A stretch of 64,000 bases of DNA from Octopus sinensis. Taxonomy: Eukaryota. The notes beneath the pieces are model-generated. The model ran no database searches and was not told where the DNA came from. It saw only the letters and a program-made list of their open reading frames with translations. Both the position numbers and the translations under genes were made by a program. The stretch is taken from assembly GCF_006345805.1 (NCBI RefSeq), contig NC_043002.1, positions 111,538,001 to 111,602,000 of the forward strand, in the 5' to 3' direction. Of this stretch, positions 62,978 to 64,000 are shown in pieces (positions within the stretch are counted from its first letter, which is position 1; every line of letters starts with the position of its first letter).

Positions 62978-63245
62978 TGTATGTATGTATGTATGTATGT
63001 ATGTATGTATGTATGTATGTATGTATGTATGTGTATGTATGTATGTGTATGTATGTATGTATGCATGCATGTATGTATGTATGTATGTATGTGTTTGTGT
63101 ATGTATGTATGTATGTATGTATGTATGTATGTATGTATGTATGTATGTGTTTGTGTATGTATGTATGTATGTATGTATTTGTGTATGCATATATGTATGT
63201 ATGTATGTATGTATTTATTTATTTATGTACATATATATATATATT
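62978..63245. repeat. (TATG)n microsatellite
   Basis: Directly visible. Confidence 0.95.
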
Positions 63246-63582
63246 TTATCACGGCAAGAAACTCAAAAGAGGGCAGCTGTGTCGAACTCCGCCCTGAAAC
63301 GGCTGTAATGGAATCACAGCACGTGACTTAGTTGCATTGGGATTGGGTTGAGTGTAAGAATGGCAAGAAGCCGGATTCTGATGATGTTGTCTCAGCTTGA
63401 GTTTTATCTGAAAACAATCTTCATAGCAAGAGTAAGTATGTGTATATTCAGATAACAAATGACAGCATTTGTTGTATGTATTTGTTTTATGATGAATAAT
63501 TAACCTAAGCTATTTTTAGTTAACAAAATGTATGTAAGGTGTCTACGCTGAATGATAGATCCCGCAACTCGAGTACTTTGGC

Positions 63583-63668
<86 letters not shown>

Positions 63669-64000
63669 AGGGAGAGAGAGAGAGACAAAGAGAGAGAGTC
63701 TAGTAAGAATCGAAATCATTGTTGCACACTTCCTGATCACGTGTTCTCATTAACTTGTTTAGAGCCAAAACATTTTCTACAACAAGGTTAAGTATACTAC
63801 ACACCTGTAGTTGTAGTGTGAAATCAGTCTGTCTTTGATCAAAGAATCAAACGGTGATCATTCCGTCTTTTTATTTAGATAGTGTATCTAGGGGTACGAC
63901 ATCGAATATTTCCTTAGTTTTTGTAATGTTTGGATTGAGATTTGACGGAAAATCGTTTATTACTTCTAGAAAGTAATGCGACCGTTTAGAGTTTTTTTAA

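Noticed and set aside
63250-63435. Candidate GPS-domain exon of the GPCR
   Set aside because: GC-richer and has an acceptor-like site, but no CxCxHLT/FAVL motif in any frame and no good in-frame donor.

Overview
AT-rich, repeat-dense animal genomic DNA. The SINE, microsatellite and LINE landscape suggests an octopus-type cephalopod; this is inference, not a database match. Two host genes face each other tail-to-tail. On + there is a complete 9-coding-exon ALG12 (alpha-1,6-mannosyltransferase, CDS 3928..32390, 483 aa after splicing); its intron 17958-21170 is a textbook U12-type intron. On - there are the last four exons (7TM and tail) of an adhesion-class GPCR (53436..62945), with the N-terminus outside the window. 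A full-length U2 snRNA-like gene with an altered Sm site (43331..~43520) lies between them in a cluster of non-autonomous Helitrons. Mobile elements include a tandem pair of R4/Dong-type RLE LINEs inside the (TAA)n tail of a CR1, CR1 and RTE fragments, mariner and maT remnants, piggyBac-like MITEs and four SINE families. The most unusual structures are a near-perfect ~290 bp palindrome just upstream of ALG12 exon 4, a chimeric dead copy of ALG12 exon 1 stitched to distant intronic DNA, truncated Helitron 5' ends next to candidate captured local DNA (possibly including U2), and a telomeric-repeat array bracketed by inverted repeats. No single wholly new system can be proven from sequence alone. 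Repeat boundaries without a stated TSD or terminus are approximate.
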